Below are positions 52,336 to 64,000 of a stretch of 64,000 bases of DNA, one piece after another. Below the pieces are notes generated by a model that did not search any database, had not been told where the DNA came from, and saw only the letters and a list, made by a program, of their open reading frames with translations. Position numbers and translations under genes: made by a program. Position 1 is the stretch's first letter. Each line of letters opens with the position of its first letter. Origin of the DNA: Cenococcum geophilum (Eukaryota); contig CP158636.1 of assembly GCA_050273025.1 (NCBI GenBank), positions 8,556,001-8,620,000 on the forward strand. Reading direction: 5' to 3'.

Positions 52336-55300
52336 GTCAATTACGCGAAACGCGAAAACCAAAGTCTACTTGAATCTCATCCTGCGAATATTTTCCCGAT
52401 GAAAGAAGGCAAAAGATATATCGCGGTAGTAAAAGCTACAGCTAAAATAGTAGAGCCCCTTTTAGATTAAAATGGCATTAGAAAAAGGGTTTTATAAACT
52501 TAATAGTACTAAAATAAGAGGCAATCTGTATGGGAATAGGTTAAAACGGTTCCTTATATAAGATCTTAAGGAAGTTAGACTAAAAGGCTATATAAATAAA
52601 AGTAACGTAATATAAAAGAGGTCCTTATAGAAGAGGAGGCACCTAAGGAGGAGGCCGTAGCATAGGTAGAGAAAAGGTAACCTCTTGGAAAAATTAGCCG
52701 AGTTCTTATCTATAAAAGTCCTTCTACCCTCTTATTTAAGCAACTTAATCGCCACTGCTTATTAAAAGAGTTCCTTTAAGCTTCCTAAAAGACAAACAGC
52801 CAGTTTCCTACTACACTGGTATAGCGCCGTACTGCTCTGTTAGTATAAGAATTATATAAGCTAAGCTTAATTAAACCCTTTTAAGGAAAGAAAGTAGAAG
52901 GAAAGAAGTAAGAGAGGAAGCCTTTATAAACGGTAATTAACTAAGATCACGTTATAGTTACAGTTAATTCTACCCATCCTTTATATACGTTCCTCCCTTC
53001 TAATTATATTATAATCTTATTATATCTTAAGGATTATAGCTCTACTAAGAGACGGTCTTTTACGAAGATCTTTTTATAAGTAAGCCGTTACTTAGGACAC
53101 CTATTACTATAAGCAGCAACTCTTTCTCTTTCTTTTCTTTATCTTTATAATAAATATATAAAGTAACTATAAGCAAGGCCTATCTAAGGAACACTCAGCA
53201 CTCTTAGAGACTAAAAGTCTTTTACTATACTCCTATCTTACCTTACTGCCATAAGTAATTAGGAAAAGAGTTTACTTCTTTAAAGCTAGTTTTAAATCCT
53301 TAGTCTTAATAACTGCTCTTATAGAGAATAACTTTATATATTGTCTTCTTTCTTTTATCCTTATTACTAGTAACTATCTCTTATAAGTATTTTATATTTT
53401 CACGCTCTACAATTTTTAATTTAGCATTTTTATTTCTTTTTAAGTTAAGAGAAGAGCTACTTACTTTAAGAAACCTTAGTTAAGTATATTAGAGGTTAAA
53501 GTTAATTTTTAGTACTAACTAATGTTATTATTATAAAAAAGTCTCTGTAAGGAAAATCTAACTAATTAGATAACTTTAACCGCTAGTTAAAGTTCCTTAA
53601 TATGTTAATAATTTATATAACGGTCCTTTTTAATTCTCCTTTTTCTGAAAAATACTATAAGGCCTTTATTTTAATTTCTTGTTATTTTATTTTATTTAGT
53701 TATACATGCCTATTTACTTTTCTCTTACATTAAAAAGACACTATTATAACTCTTATCTTAAAATACTACCTATACGCCCGTTACGCACACGAAATATTAC
53801 TATAAAAATATCTAGAACTATAGAACTCCGCTTAAAAGGAAAGCCGCTACCTTTACCTTCTATGCCTCTACCTTTTATACCTCTACCTCCTACTATCTAG
53901 TTAATAGCCCTTATATACTAAGAAAAGGCGCAAATAATAGAGGTTATCCTTAGAGCCGCCTAAAGCCACCCAGTTAATTAGCGCGTAAATATCTATTATA
54001 GTTTAATACAGGCTATTATAAACCAGGAGCATAATATAGTTAAGGCTATAAAAATATAATAGTTAAGATTAAGAAGAATAATAAGCTTAAGGGAAATTTA
54101 GAAAATAAAGATTAGGAAAACACCTTTGCGGACATTAAAAAGCTCTTTAAGATTACCTATAAGATTAATAAGATTAAGGTAGTACGAAATACAATTAAGA
54201 AGGAGTAAGGAGAGGAACTTTTAGAAGATCCCTATAAGCTCTTCTATACATATTATACACTAAAAAGTATCTATATCTTTATTAATTATGTAAAAAGAAG
54301 TTAGATCTCTAAGAAGGATGCGTTAAAAATAATTAATAATATAATACTAAGCCGCCTAAAACTCTTAAAGGCTAGAATCTTAAGGACCCTATACCTAATA
54401 CCCTTAGACTTTTTTACCGCCTATAAATTTAGATTAATAGTTATATAATTACAGCACCTGGTATACCAAATGCGTACCTACGCGTTTGGTGCACCAACCA
54501 CTTACTTATAACTAATTAGGGGGGGGGGACGCGTTAGTATATTAGGAATTTTTTTTTAGGCAGGTTGTCGCAGTTTGTTGCGGTTTGCGGCAAAATGTAC
54601 AAACTGTACGATCGCGGCGGTCGTATATGGTCGTTAGCGATTTATACAAACCGTATATTTCGCAGCAAGTTTACAGCATCTGCTAGTAAATTGCGGCAAA
54701 ATGCTAAACTATAAAACTTATACTAGTATTTTGCTACCTTATAAATAAATAGCGCGTAAATTATATAAACTATATAAACTGTACAAACTGTACAAACTAT
54801 ATAAACTATACGAACCGTATAAACTGTACGAACTATATAAACTGTAACTATATAAATTATAATTATATTATATAATAACCAAATTATTATATATTCCTAT
54901 ATATTGCTATAATATGCTTATAAATATATTTATATTATAACTATATAAAATGTAGAGCTATCTGCTTAGGTGTTAAGGGGAAAGCCTCTTATAAAGGCTC
55001 TAAATCGTTAATTGGCCTAGTACCTGCCTGCCTACCTACCTACCTACCTACCTACCTGCCTGCCTGCTTGCCTACTTACCTACCTATTTACCTACTTACC
55101 TACCTACCTACCTACCTACCTACCTACCTACCTGCCTGCCTGCCTACTTACCTGCCTGCCTGCCTATCTGTTTATTTATCTATCTGTCCGTCTATACCTA
55201 CCTGCCTATGCCTACCTATTTATACCTACCGTCTATACCTACCACCTGTGCCTCCTATTTATGCTACTGTCTATACCTACCTATCTATAATTTGGGGGAG

Positions 55301-55704
55301 AGGTCAGCCCAATTAAAGGCTCTGCCTAATTCGATTAATTGATTAATTATATTAATTTAAATTATTCTCTACAGCCGTTCGCTAGCTATATATTTAAACG
55401 GTAGTCGTCTAGGGTGCCTCCCTAGAAGGCCTTAATTCTGTTTAATTTAGTAATAGGCTAATATTAAGGCTCTAGTTTAATTCAATTAATCGATTAGATT
55501 GTTCGTGGTGTTCGCTGGCTAGTCGTTTAAACAGTTATCGTCTGACTCTAGTAACAGTTGTCTGCTAGCTGCCGTTCTAGTACCTCCCTAGGTAGGGAGG
55601 ATATAAGAAAGGAAGGGTAAAAAATAAGGTGGCTACCTAGGTGTATATAGGGGTATACTTGGCAAAGGCACGTATTAAGGCTATTGGGAATATAGCGGGG
55701 ACCC

Positions 55705-56390
55705 GATACAGAGCTTCGTGTAGAGCCTCCGTACGCAGAGCTTTGTGCAGAGCCTCTGTATATAGAGCTTCGTATAGAGCTTTGTGTAGAGCTTTGTGTA
55801 GAGCTTTATGTAGAGCTTCATATAGAGCTTCGTGTAGAGCTTTATGTAGAGCTTCGTGTAGAGCTTCGTATAGAGCTTCGTGTAGAGCCTTATATAGAGC
55901 CTTGTGCAGAGCCTCTGTACGCAGAGCTTCGTGTAGAGCCTTATGTAGAGCCTCATGTAGAGCCTCGTGTAAAGCTTCGTGTAGAGCTTTGTGCAGAGTT
56001 TCGTATAGAGCTTCGTGCAGAGTTTCGTGTAGAGCTTCGTGTAGAGCTTCGTGCAGAGCCTCGTGCAAAGCCTTAGTAGAGCTTTGTGCAGAGCTTCGTG
56101 CAGAGCTTTATGCAGAGCCTTAGTAGAGCTTCGTGTAGAGCTTCATATAGAGCTTTGTGTAGAACTTCGTGTAGAGCTTCGTGTAGAGCTTTATGCAGAG
56201 CTTCGTGCAGAGCTTCGTGCAGGGCTTTATATAGAGCTTCGTGCAGAGCTTCATGCAGAGCTTCGTACAGAGCTTCGTGCAAAGCTTCGTGTAGAGCTTC
56301 GTGTAAAGCTTTATGTAAAGCTTTATACAGAGCTTCGTATAGAGCTTCGTGCGGAGCTTTATATAGAGCTTTATATAGAGCTTTATACAG
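55705..56390 (+). repeat. 12-bp minisatellite, RIP-eroded
   Basis: Directly visible. Confidence 0.95.
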
Positions 56391-56624
56391 TTTTGTGGTA
56401 TTTTTATTATAGCCAAAAATTAAGGTCTGCTTAACTGGCTTAAGTCACAATTTTAGCAATTTGCGGTAATTTGCAGCAATTCGCATAGGCTACTTATACT
56501 GTGGTTTGCAAAAGTATTGCGAAAATCAAATTAAGCGAGCCACGCACACATAACATCGACTTTTGGTCAGTTTACCATACAAATCGTATGCCTACCACGC
56601 CTAATACGCTTATATTTGCCTTTT

Positions 56625-57692
56625 ATGCCGAAACAAATCCCTTAATGGCAGCTTTATTAAATTCTAGTAGCTTTTCTATTTAATTGGTCTATTAAGTGTA
56701 TTATAGTAGCTACCAAGTTATACCTTTTAATTATATACCGATTTTAGCTTAATCTTGACCTCTATGGGGAGGCATACCTTCCCCCTAATCTTAAGATTGG
56801 GCGGCTAAGAGCTATAGATAAGGTATATAAGAAAGTTCGTGATATATAATATTATAGTATTAAGTATACTAATATTTATATAGGCCCTTATTGCTTACCT
56901 AGAGGACCACCTAACTGCCTTCCTTAATAAAATGGCCTGGTTCCTATGGGACGATTATAATATTATAGTATCCTTCTTATCAATTTGGCGAACTCTCCGA
57001 TATAATAGGTAGAGTAGAAAGGCTATATAAAAGGAGAGCGTAGGAGCGCTCTAAGGACCTATGTGCTGTATAGAAAGGACGCCAATGTATATAGGACGTT
57101 GATTGCCTTATATTTATTAACGAATTAGGCGCCAATAAGAGGACTAGGTATAGGAAGTTTGGCTAGAGCCCCGTAAACGTTCCTGCGATTAATACTACAT
57201 TAATTAAGCGATTATAACGCTAGAGTATTCTTCCTACCTATATAATTAACAGCTACCTCCCTAAGACTCTTATTTGGTAGGGCTTAATTACTACCAAAAT
57301 ATTTAACGCCTAGATTAAATCTATAGTTCTACTACATTATATTCCTAGCTATACGATCTTAGTATTAGATAACGCTTTAATATATAAAAGCTAGGTAAGG
57401 AAATAATTATATATATAGTAGAGCTATATATTCTAACTAGTAGATATAGGAATTTATAAACCTCTATGCAGCCGCCTAAATCTATATTAAGTATTTTCCT
57501 TCTTATTGCCTAGAGTTTAACCTAATTAAACTTTCTTTTTACGATCTAAAGGCGTGGATTTAATTAAACTTTAATACAATTAAGGATTATTAAAGCTTTG
57601 GTGTATTCCTGCAGTTTTGTATATAGTGTATAGGATTATATCACTTAGCAGAAGGACACTTTCGGCGGGCTAGCTACCTAGTAGAGAACTAG
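56625..57692 (+). pseudogene. DDE_3 (Tc1/IS630) transposase with two probable introns
   Basis: MPKQIP...NLDLYGEAY.PP...GR[P]R, FI[D]E[S]GAN, RKFG[W]SP, R[W]SILP, ILVLDNA[S]I[H]KS, PEFN[P]I[E]LSF.DLKAWI, EGHFRRA[G]Y*. Confidence 0.92.
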
Positions 57693-57744
57693 TTAGGGAC
57701 ACAATCTTTTATAATCTAGTGCTGGGTATATAGAAATTAATAAC

Positions 57745-59611
57745 TTACTGTCCCTTTTATATTGCTTAAAACGTCTTAAGCTTACGCCTTAGTTATAGTA
57801 GGAGGCCTACTATAAGGCCTAACTTCTCCTCCTATACCTGCTTACTTATCCCTATATATAAGGCCTCTAAGTTATAGAAGTTCTTAATAAGTATATTAAG
57901 AATAAATTTAAGCTTAGTTTAAAGCTTTAGTATTATTTAGTTAGGCCGTTTTCTTACCTAGTTAAAGAATTCGTAAAGCCTTTCCTTAGAATTGGAGTCG
58001 CTAGTAATAGGACTAGTTAGTAGCGCTAGCGGCGGCGTAGGGGGGTAGCTACTGAAGCCGGAGCTACCGGAGGTGGCTGAAGTAGTTGCTAAGGTGGTTA
58101 AAATAAGTTCTATTGTCCTCCGGTGTTAGTATAGTAGTTAGGGGGGGGGTCCTATAGGGGGGGGGGGTATATTAGCCTTAGGTAGAATAATAGCCATAAT
58201 TATTAACTCCTGATTGAAAATATCCTCCTAGCCCATGCGCCCGCCACCCGCCCCCTCTCTCTATACACCCTACAGCTCTATTCTTAACTAAAAGACGGAC
58301 AGTAATAGCAGCAGAAGGTTCCTCCTCGGTAGCTTTACTATCCTTAATTTAATTGCCCTAAGCCCTTATTATAAGGTAATTAACCAGGTAGTAAAAACGA
58401 GGAAGCTCTAGGTTTCTATTTACCTAGTAGGTCCCCCCACTATTAATATATATTTTTATGCTATAAGGCCACCGGAAGGCCACTAAAGGAGCTAGATTAC
58501 CTAAAAGAACTTCTACTAAGATACTTTTAGGTAGGGCAAGACACTAGGCAACAGTTGCACTTATATTACCCTTCTTCTTAGGTATATTAGATGCACCTAG
58601 GTTAAAAATATTTAATAGATGCGCGCTTATCTGCGTACTGCCTAGTAAGGCAATACTAGAAGTATAAGGAAAGGCGTATTCCGGAGTAGGTAGAGGCGTC
58701 TTAGTTAATATAACTACTACTTCTATGCGTAGTCCTTTCTTCTTATTTATATACTAGGTCCTTATAATTTTATCAAGCTCGTAGACGTGTACTTTGGTGT
58801 AGATATCTTACGGGACAATATCACGAGCCATTATACAATCGTAGGAAGCGGCCGCCCTAATAGAGTACTTATCCTCAAAGGATCTGTTTAGATAATTAGC
58901 TTTAACTTTATTAATCTAGCAGTTAATTTTAGTAAGAAGCTCTCTACTAACAATACGCTGCGCGGAAGTTGAAGTAAGGTCTGCCTTTGCTACGCGGGCT
59001 TTCCAAATTGCTATATAGTATATCCATACTATATCGGGCTCTAAGGGAGGTGGCGAGCTTAAATCTACGCTAATAACTTGATTGGGTGTATTTTTACGTC
59101 TCGGCGGAGGCCTTAAAGGATTAGTAGCTTTAGTAGGCTTCTTCCTAGATGTTAACTTTAGATTTAAACTATTCTAGCTTAAACGCCTAGTAGGCTTCTA
59201 AGTACGCTAGGCGACTCTGGCAGCTGCAGGAGCTTCTACAGCACCTCTAGTTGGATAAACTATACGCCCACTAGCTGTTTAAAAGCCTTTCTCTTCCTCC
59301 AGAGGCTTACGAGGCTCCCGCTTAATAGTTAGATTAACTAGCTCTGCATCCTTATCCTTATCGTCTTCCTTATCTAAGTCCTTATCTAACTCCTGCGACT
59401 CTAACTCTACCTCTTCCTCCCCTACCTCCTCCTCCTCCTCCTCAACGTCCTCGTTGCAACTAGGCTGCGGAGGCAGGCAGCGCGCTAGAACTGTACGCAG
59501 GCCTATATAAACAGGTGTCTTGGGTTAAGTAATAGTATTCCGCTTGATTAGTTAAGAACCTTGTGTAGATTAACTGGCGGCTTATTTCCGGAGGCTCCTG
59601 CGGGCTACCAT
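57745..59611 (-). pseudogene. Accessory gene of unknown function (about 620 codons): acidic N-terminus and a Cys/His cluster
   Basis: ATG at 59611 (MVARRSLRK), an EEEEEEVGEEE...DKEDDKDKD tract, RWP[C]...[C]INSGGT[CW]...[H]Y[P]...[W]GN[Q]IKD.KATEEEP. The stops I read are all consistent with RIP. Confidence 0.7.
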
Positions 59612-59806
59612 GGCGCCTACAACACTCAAAAATTGACCTAGATGGATGATATAATATAAATATAAAACCTCACTATTTTGGAAGTAAAAATAATACGTAT
59701 AGGCGTGGCAGGCATACGATTTGTATAGTGAACTGACCAAAAGTCGATGTTGTGTATGCGTGGCTCGCTTAATTTGATTTTCGCAATACTTTTGCAAACC
59801 ACAGTA

Positions 59807-59945
59807 AGTAGCTGCGTATTTGTAGCAATTTGCATAGGCTACTTATAAGTAGCTACGTATTTGTAGCAATTTGCACAGGCTACTTATAAGTAGCTGCGTG
59901 TTTATAGCAATTTGCATAAGCTACTTATTAGTAGCTGTGAGTTTG
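59807..59945 (+). repeat. About 41-bp subterminal repeat of the CATCAGG element, with a palindromic core
   Basis: gcaatttgcataggctacttataagtagctgcgtatttgta, about 4 copies; core GCTACTTATAAGTAGC. Confidence 0.85.
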
Positions 59946-62900
59946 TAGCAAATCGCCACAAATCGCCGCAAATCGCCAAAATCGCGACTTACGCAGGTTT
60001 TGCAGACCCCGATTTTCGCTTGCGACAACGTGCCCAAAAAAAATTTTCCTGATGTATATAGACTACGTAGTCTACCTCAATAGAATCGACAGTCACCACT
60101 ATCTAAAAGAGCATACAATACTATACGTATTTCATGCCCCTGGATATGGCTCACTTGTATTATTAAATTAATATAAATACTAATTAGTAAGCGCGCACAG
60201 ATTAGCAATTACTTAATACCTCCCCCCGAGCGATATACAACAGTGACTACCCGTTTATATCCTAGTACGACCTACTAAAAGGTCGGAAGTTGGGGATTAC
60301 GGACTATTACCAACCCTATATACTTATTTAAGTCTTAGTACGGTTTACTAGAAGTTTATAAACGCGAATATAAACCTTTATAGAACCCCCTACCCTCCTA
60401 TAAACTATTACGGACCTATTAATTGCCTTTACGGACCATTATAAGACCTCTCGAACTATTATAGACCCGTTAATTAATTTTACAAACCGTTATAAGACCT
60501 CTTCCACCCGCTACAAACTATTACTACCTGTTACAGCTTATATAGATATACTACGCTATATAATATGGCAGATATAAGCAAGCAAATTAGCGAAGGTTAA
60601 AAGAAGTGGAGTTAAGGAGTCGACCTTACGTCTATAAACGGCGTTAACAACTATATTAATTTTAAGATCCTTAAATACGGACACTATAAGCTTCTAAATA
60701 ATAACCTATAGGAGTAATATAAGGAAGACTTTGCAGACTTTACAGAAGCTATTTTTAAAACTTATAATCTTATAGCTACCCGCAACCTATAAACCCTCTT
60801 ATGTAACTAAGGTATATAGGTTAAAAAGAACAGGCGAGTTACTATTACACGGTCTCTGTATAACATACTATATAAGAAGAACCAAATAAAATAGACTAAA
60901 AAGTAGATTCTAGACTATATTAAAACTAGCGGACTCTTTACCTCCTTTAAACTTAATAGGATCTCCAGTCTTATAGATAACCTATTTAACTAAATTCGTC
61001 CTATAAACTAAAGAGATCTTAGAATTAATTTTACGGGCTAAAGTATACCTAGTACTTAAGTTACGGACCGTAATACCCCCGTAAATTAAAATACGGACTA
61101 AAACCCTTTAGTCGCTTAAGTTATAAATCTATAAACTACCTAAGTAAAGACCTATGGTAAGGAGCTAGCCAACCTAGCTAAGCTCTATACCGACGAATCT
61201 AAGTATAGCGGTAAAAACGATAACTTTAACTTTAAACTAACTATCTTTACGGACCTTTATTAGAAGGCTAATATTCCTAAATAGAAATTTAGCCAAGCTT
61301 ACTCTACTATACTGCGCGGCCTAGCCCTTAACCACTATTACACTAACCTTAAGAGTAACCCCCTTAGTGTTTCTTTTAATAAGCTATATAAGGCTATACG
61401 TAACTACTTTAAAGGGCTAGAATATAAGTGTAATATCCTTACCTAATAGAATGCGATTAAGTTACGGACTATAATTAATAAAAACACCAAAAAATTAATT
61501 ATAGAGTACCTGTAAATTCTTATTAAAGACCTCCAGCATCTATAGCACGGCCTTAATATTAAGCTTCAAACGGACGACTTCCTATATAATAAGCTTATTA
61601 CAGCTTACTAGAAAGTAGAACCCTATAAATATGCCTATTATAAGCCTACAGATACCTTAACTGGCCTCATTAACAATTTACGGTCCTTTATTATAACGTA
61701 TAAAGTTTTAAACCCACTAGGTAGTACTTAAGCCTTTATTACAGACCTATAAAACCTATAAACTAACTTAGATACCTACTTTACGGACCGCCGCTACTAC
61801 TAGCAGTACCCGTACTAACCAAGTCCCACCTATAACCCCCGCAGTAACTCCCGTACAAAAGTATACCCCCATAGATAAACTAGCTAGAAGTGCTTTATAT
61901 GCGGTAAGGAAGAATATTAGTCTATAAGGCATACCTAAAAAGAACGTAATAAGTCTAAAAAGATATTTAACAATTAGATTAACTAGTTTATCTTAAACTA
62001 CAAAGGAAAGAAAGTAGAGGAGCCTCTTAATAAGTTAATGGAAGCCCTTATAATTAACTTTAACTTAAATACTTAGGAATTAAAGACCTTAAAGACATTC
62101 CTAACTACTTTTAGACCTTTTATAGACGGCTAAGCCTTTAATATTACGACCGTATTAGCCGACCGCTCCTTTATATACTTAATTACACCTAAAAACTAGC
62201 CTATAAGTACACCTATTAGACCTGTTACGGACGTTATAGACCGCAAATAGGACCTATTTGCATATATTACTATAAAACGCTATACCCCCAAAGAATTCTA
62301 TAGCGTTATAATTAATATAGGTGCCTTTAAAAGGTCTATTATAGGTTACGGATAATACCTTATATATAAAACCACTATAAATAATAATACGGATATTAAT
62401 ACTATGCAAACTAGGGCTGTAAACGTCTAATTTGGTATTAGCTTAACCGTATTAATTAAATTAGTTACAGTTAAGACTTTAATTAGCCTAGTTAACTTCC
62501 ATACAATAAAAGCGGATACCCCTTTTCTACTTTACCTTATAGATATAGATAGGTTATAGGTTTACTATAACAATATTACGGACACCTTAATTAGCCCTAT
62601 AACTGCCCCAGAAAGCAAGGATATTACCCTACCAATTATATAATAATTTGGACACCTATTCCTTATATAGGGAGAGATTTTACGGACCTACATTTAAGAA
62701 TCTTTTAACTATAACCTATGCTACCTTACCAGTACTAAAATCTACCACCTGTACTTCTGTTTCGGCCACCCGTTAGCCGAAAAGCTGTATAGAGTCCTGG
62801 AACGCTTAGGATATAATAACGTTAATAGGAAGGCAATTAACCACCTAACTAAATACTGCTCCTTCTATTAGAAATATAGGCGTTCCCTAGGCTGATTTAA

Positions 62901-64000
62901 GTTTACTCTTTATAAAGACCTTAATTTTAACCACTTAGTATATGTAGACATTATATATATTAACGGCAGCCTAGTATTATACATAATTAATAAGGTAACC
63001 CGCTATTAAGCCGCCCGTTAGTTATAAAATATATCTATAAAATATACTTAGGATATTTTACAGACCTACTAAATTAATATATACGTTAAACCCCCTAAGT
63101 ATATTACCTATAACGCTAGTAAAAACTTTATTAGTAAGGAATTCTAACAGTACGCTACGGCTATAGCTATTTTAATAAAAGCCGTTCTAGTTAAGGCGTA
63201 CTAGTCTATTAGGCTTATTAAGTAAGCTTACCTAGCTTTATAGAGAGCTTACTAGATTATTACGGACAAGTATAAGAATATCTAAAAGGAACTAGCTTTA
63301 CAGATAGCTATAAAAGCCGTTAATAACACCGCTAGCCCTAATAGACTAGTACCCACCCTCTTGGTTTATGGAGCCTACCTAAGGATAGGTAAACTAGACC
63401 CTCCTACCCCGTCCATTATAGATTAAGTAGCTGTAATATAGAAGGCAATAGCCGAAATAGTTAAGTTACAGGCTAAACAAACTATTAATAGCGCTCTATA
63501 CTACTGCAACGGACCTAATATAACCTTAGTTTATAACCTCCCGCTTAATTCTAAAGTCCTTATATAGTATAAGAGCGGCAACTGGACTGGACCTTATTAT
63601 CTACTAGCTGTAGAAGACGAAACGTGCTGTGTATAACTTCCTAGCAGACTAACTAACTTTAGAAGCACGTCCATAAAACCCTACTTTTGGTCTAAAAATA
63701 CCTGTGCTGTTAAACTAGATAAACTAGAAGCACCCGCTAAACTAAATGAATTAAAAGTACCCCTACCTACTTTAGAAGTCCCCCAGAAACCTATTAAACC
63801 TACTATAAAGCACAATTAAGGACGCCCCTAAAAGCACCCTATAACTAAGAACCCTATAATAAAGAATTACCTAACCTCCGCAGGTATATCTATAAGGTAA
63901 CTTCCACCTACAGATATATTAGTTCTAGTATAGGAAACCCCCTTTATGGACTTATAACATAAAAAGATCAACGGACTACTTAAAAAGGGCGTCTTTGCGG

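Larger units (their letters stand above)
50477..52401. mobile_element. Non-autonomous, satellite-filled TIR element with CATCGG ends
   Basis: 15-bp TIR CATCGG(C/G)AAAATATT. Comparison with the empty site near 40180 indicates a 2-bp TSD (AA). The interior consists of tandem-repeat modules. Confidence 0.88.
45797..54441 (+). mobile_element. Second truncated copy of the same Gypsy, in three pieces: 45797-46839, 50056-50476, 52402-54441
   Basis: Collinear with about 38710-41885 after removing the hAT and CATCGG inserts; cut at 54442 by a Copia LTR. Confidence 0.9.
56499..59804. mobile_element. Tc1/IS630-like transposon, 3.3 kb, with two convergent genes
   Basis: TIRs of about 105 bp, CTGTGGTTTGCAAAAGTATTGCG...; TA TSD inside the host repeat ctacttaTAagtagc. 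Confidence 0.93.
54540..60054. mobile_element. Non-autonomous CATCAGG-ended, satellite-rich TIR element (about 2.2 kb without the nested Tc1)
   Basis: TIR of about 33 bp, CATCAGGAAAATTTTTTTTTGGGCACGTTGTCGCA (left copy RIP-altered). 2-bp TSD TA, with the empty site cagTAtatagac in the Copia LTRs at 27329 and 33417. Confidence 0.9.
54442..64000 (+). mobile_element. Third Copia (same family as 27185-33540); 5' LTR split by a DNA element, truncated by the window edge
   Basis: LTR pieces 54442-54539 and 60055-60179. CDS from ATG 60565, collinear with about 27832-31330. Confidence 0.93.

Noticed and set aside
55020..55290. Telomeric repeat
   Set aside because: The unit is CCTA/CCTG, not CCCTAA, and it is internal to a TIR element.
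55068..56434. Cluster of overlapping repeat ORFs
   Set aside because: Microsatellite and minisatellite artefacts.
56501..56683. Paired small ORFs (with 59638-59835) suggesting a duplicated gene
   Set aside because: They are the two TIRs of the Tc1 element.
54540..60054. A single 5.5-kb Tc1 element
   Set aside because: The transposase has its own TIR pair and TA TSD (56499-59804) and interrupts a repeat of the outer element.

Overview
The whole 64 kb is a nested transposon graveyard from a filamentous ascomycete. It is heavily mutated by RIP (TpA excess, CpA/TpG loss, stop codons replacing Gln/Trp codons), and I found no intact host gene. The supplied ORF track is mostly artefact. Reading through the RIP damage, and using target-site duplications (TSDs) and paralogous empty sites within the window, I resolve about 15 elements: (1) a Gypsy gag plus LTR, and a Tad-like LINE; (2) a tandem pair of Crypton tyrosine-recombinase elements (NDC10_II + GCR1_C), one with its recombinase half precisely inverted between 6-bp sites; (3) a solo LTR and a gag/protease-only Copia; (4) a DUF6589-type putative DDE transposase, plus a family of satellite-filled elements with CATC(A)GG ends and 2-bp TSDs; (5) a full chromoviral Gypsy holding two GalEa-like Copias and a MITE; (6) two truncated copies of a Gypsy with a large extra ORF resembling a 2OG-Fe(II)/PhyH-like fold; (7) a hAT, a two-gene Tc1/IS630-like element, and a third Copia running off the end. 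Protein assignments come from manual motif reading, not database searches. Residues in brackets are inferred pre-RIP states, and CDS ends are approximate.
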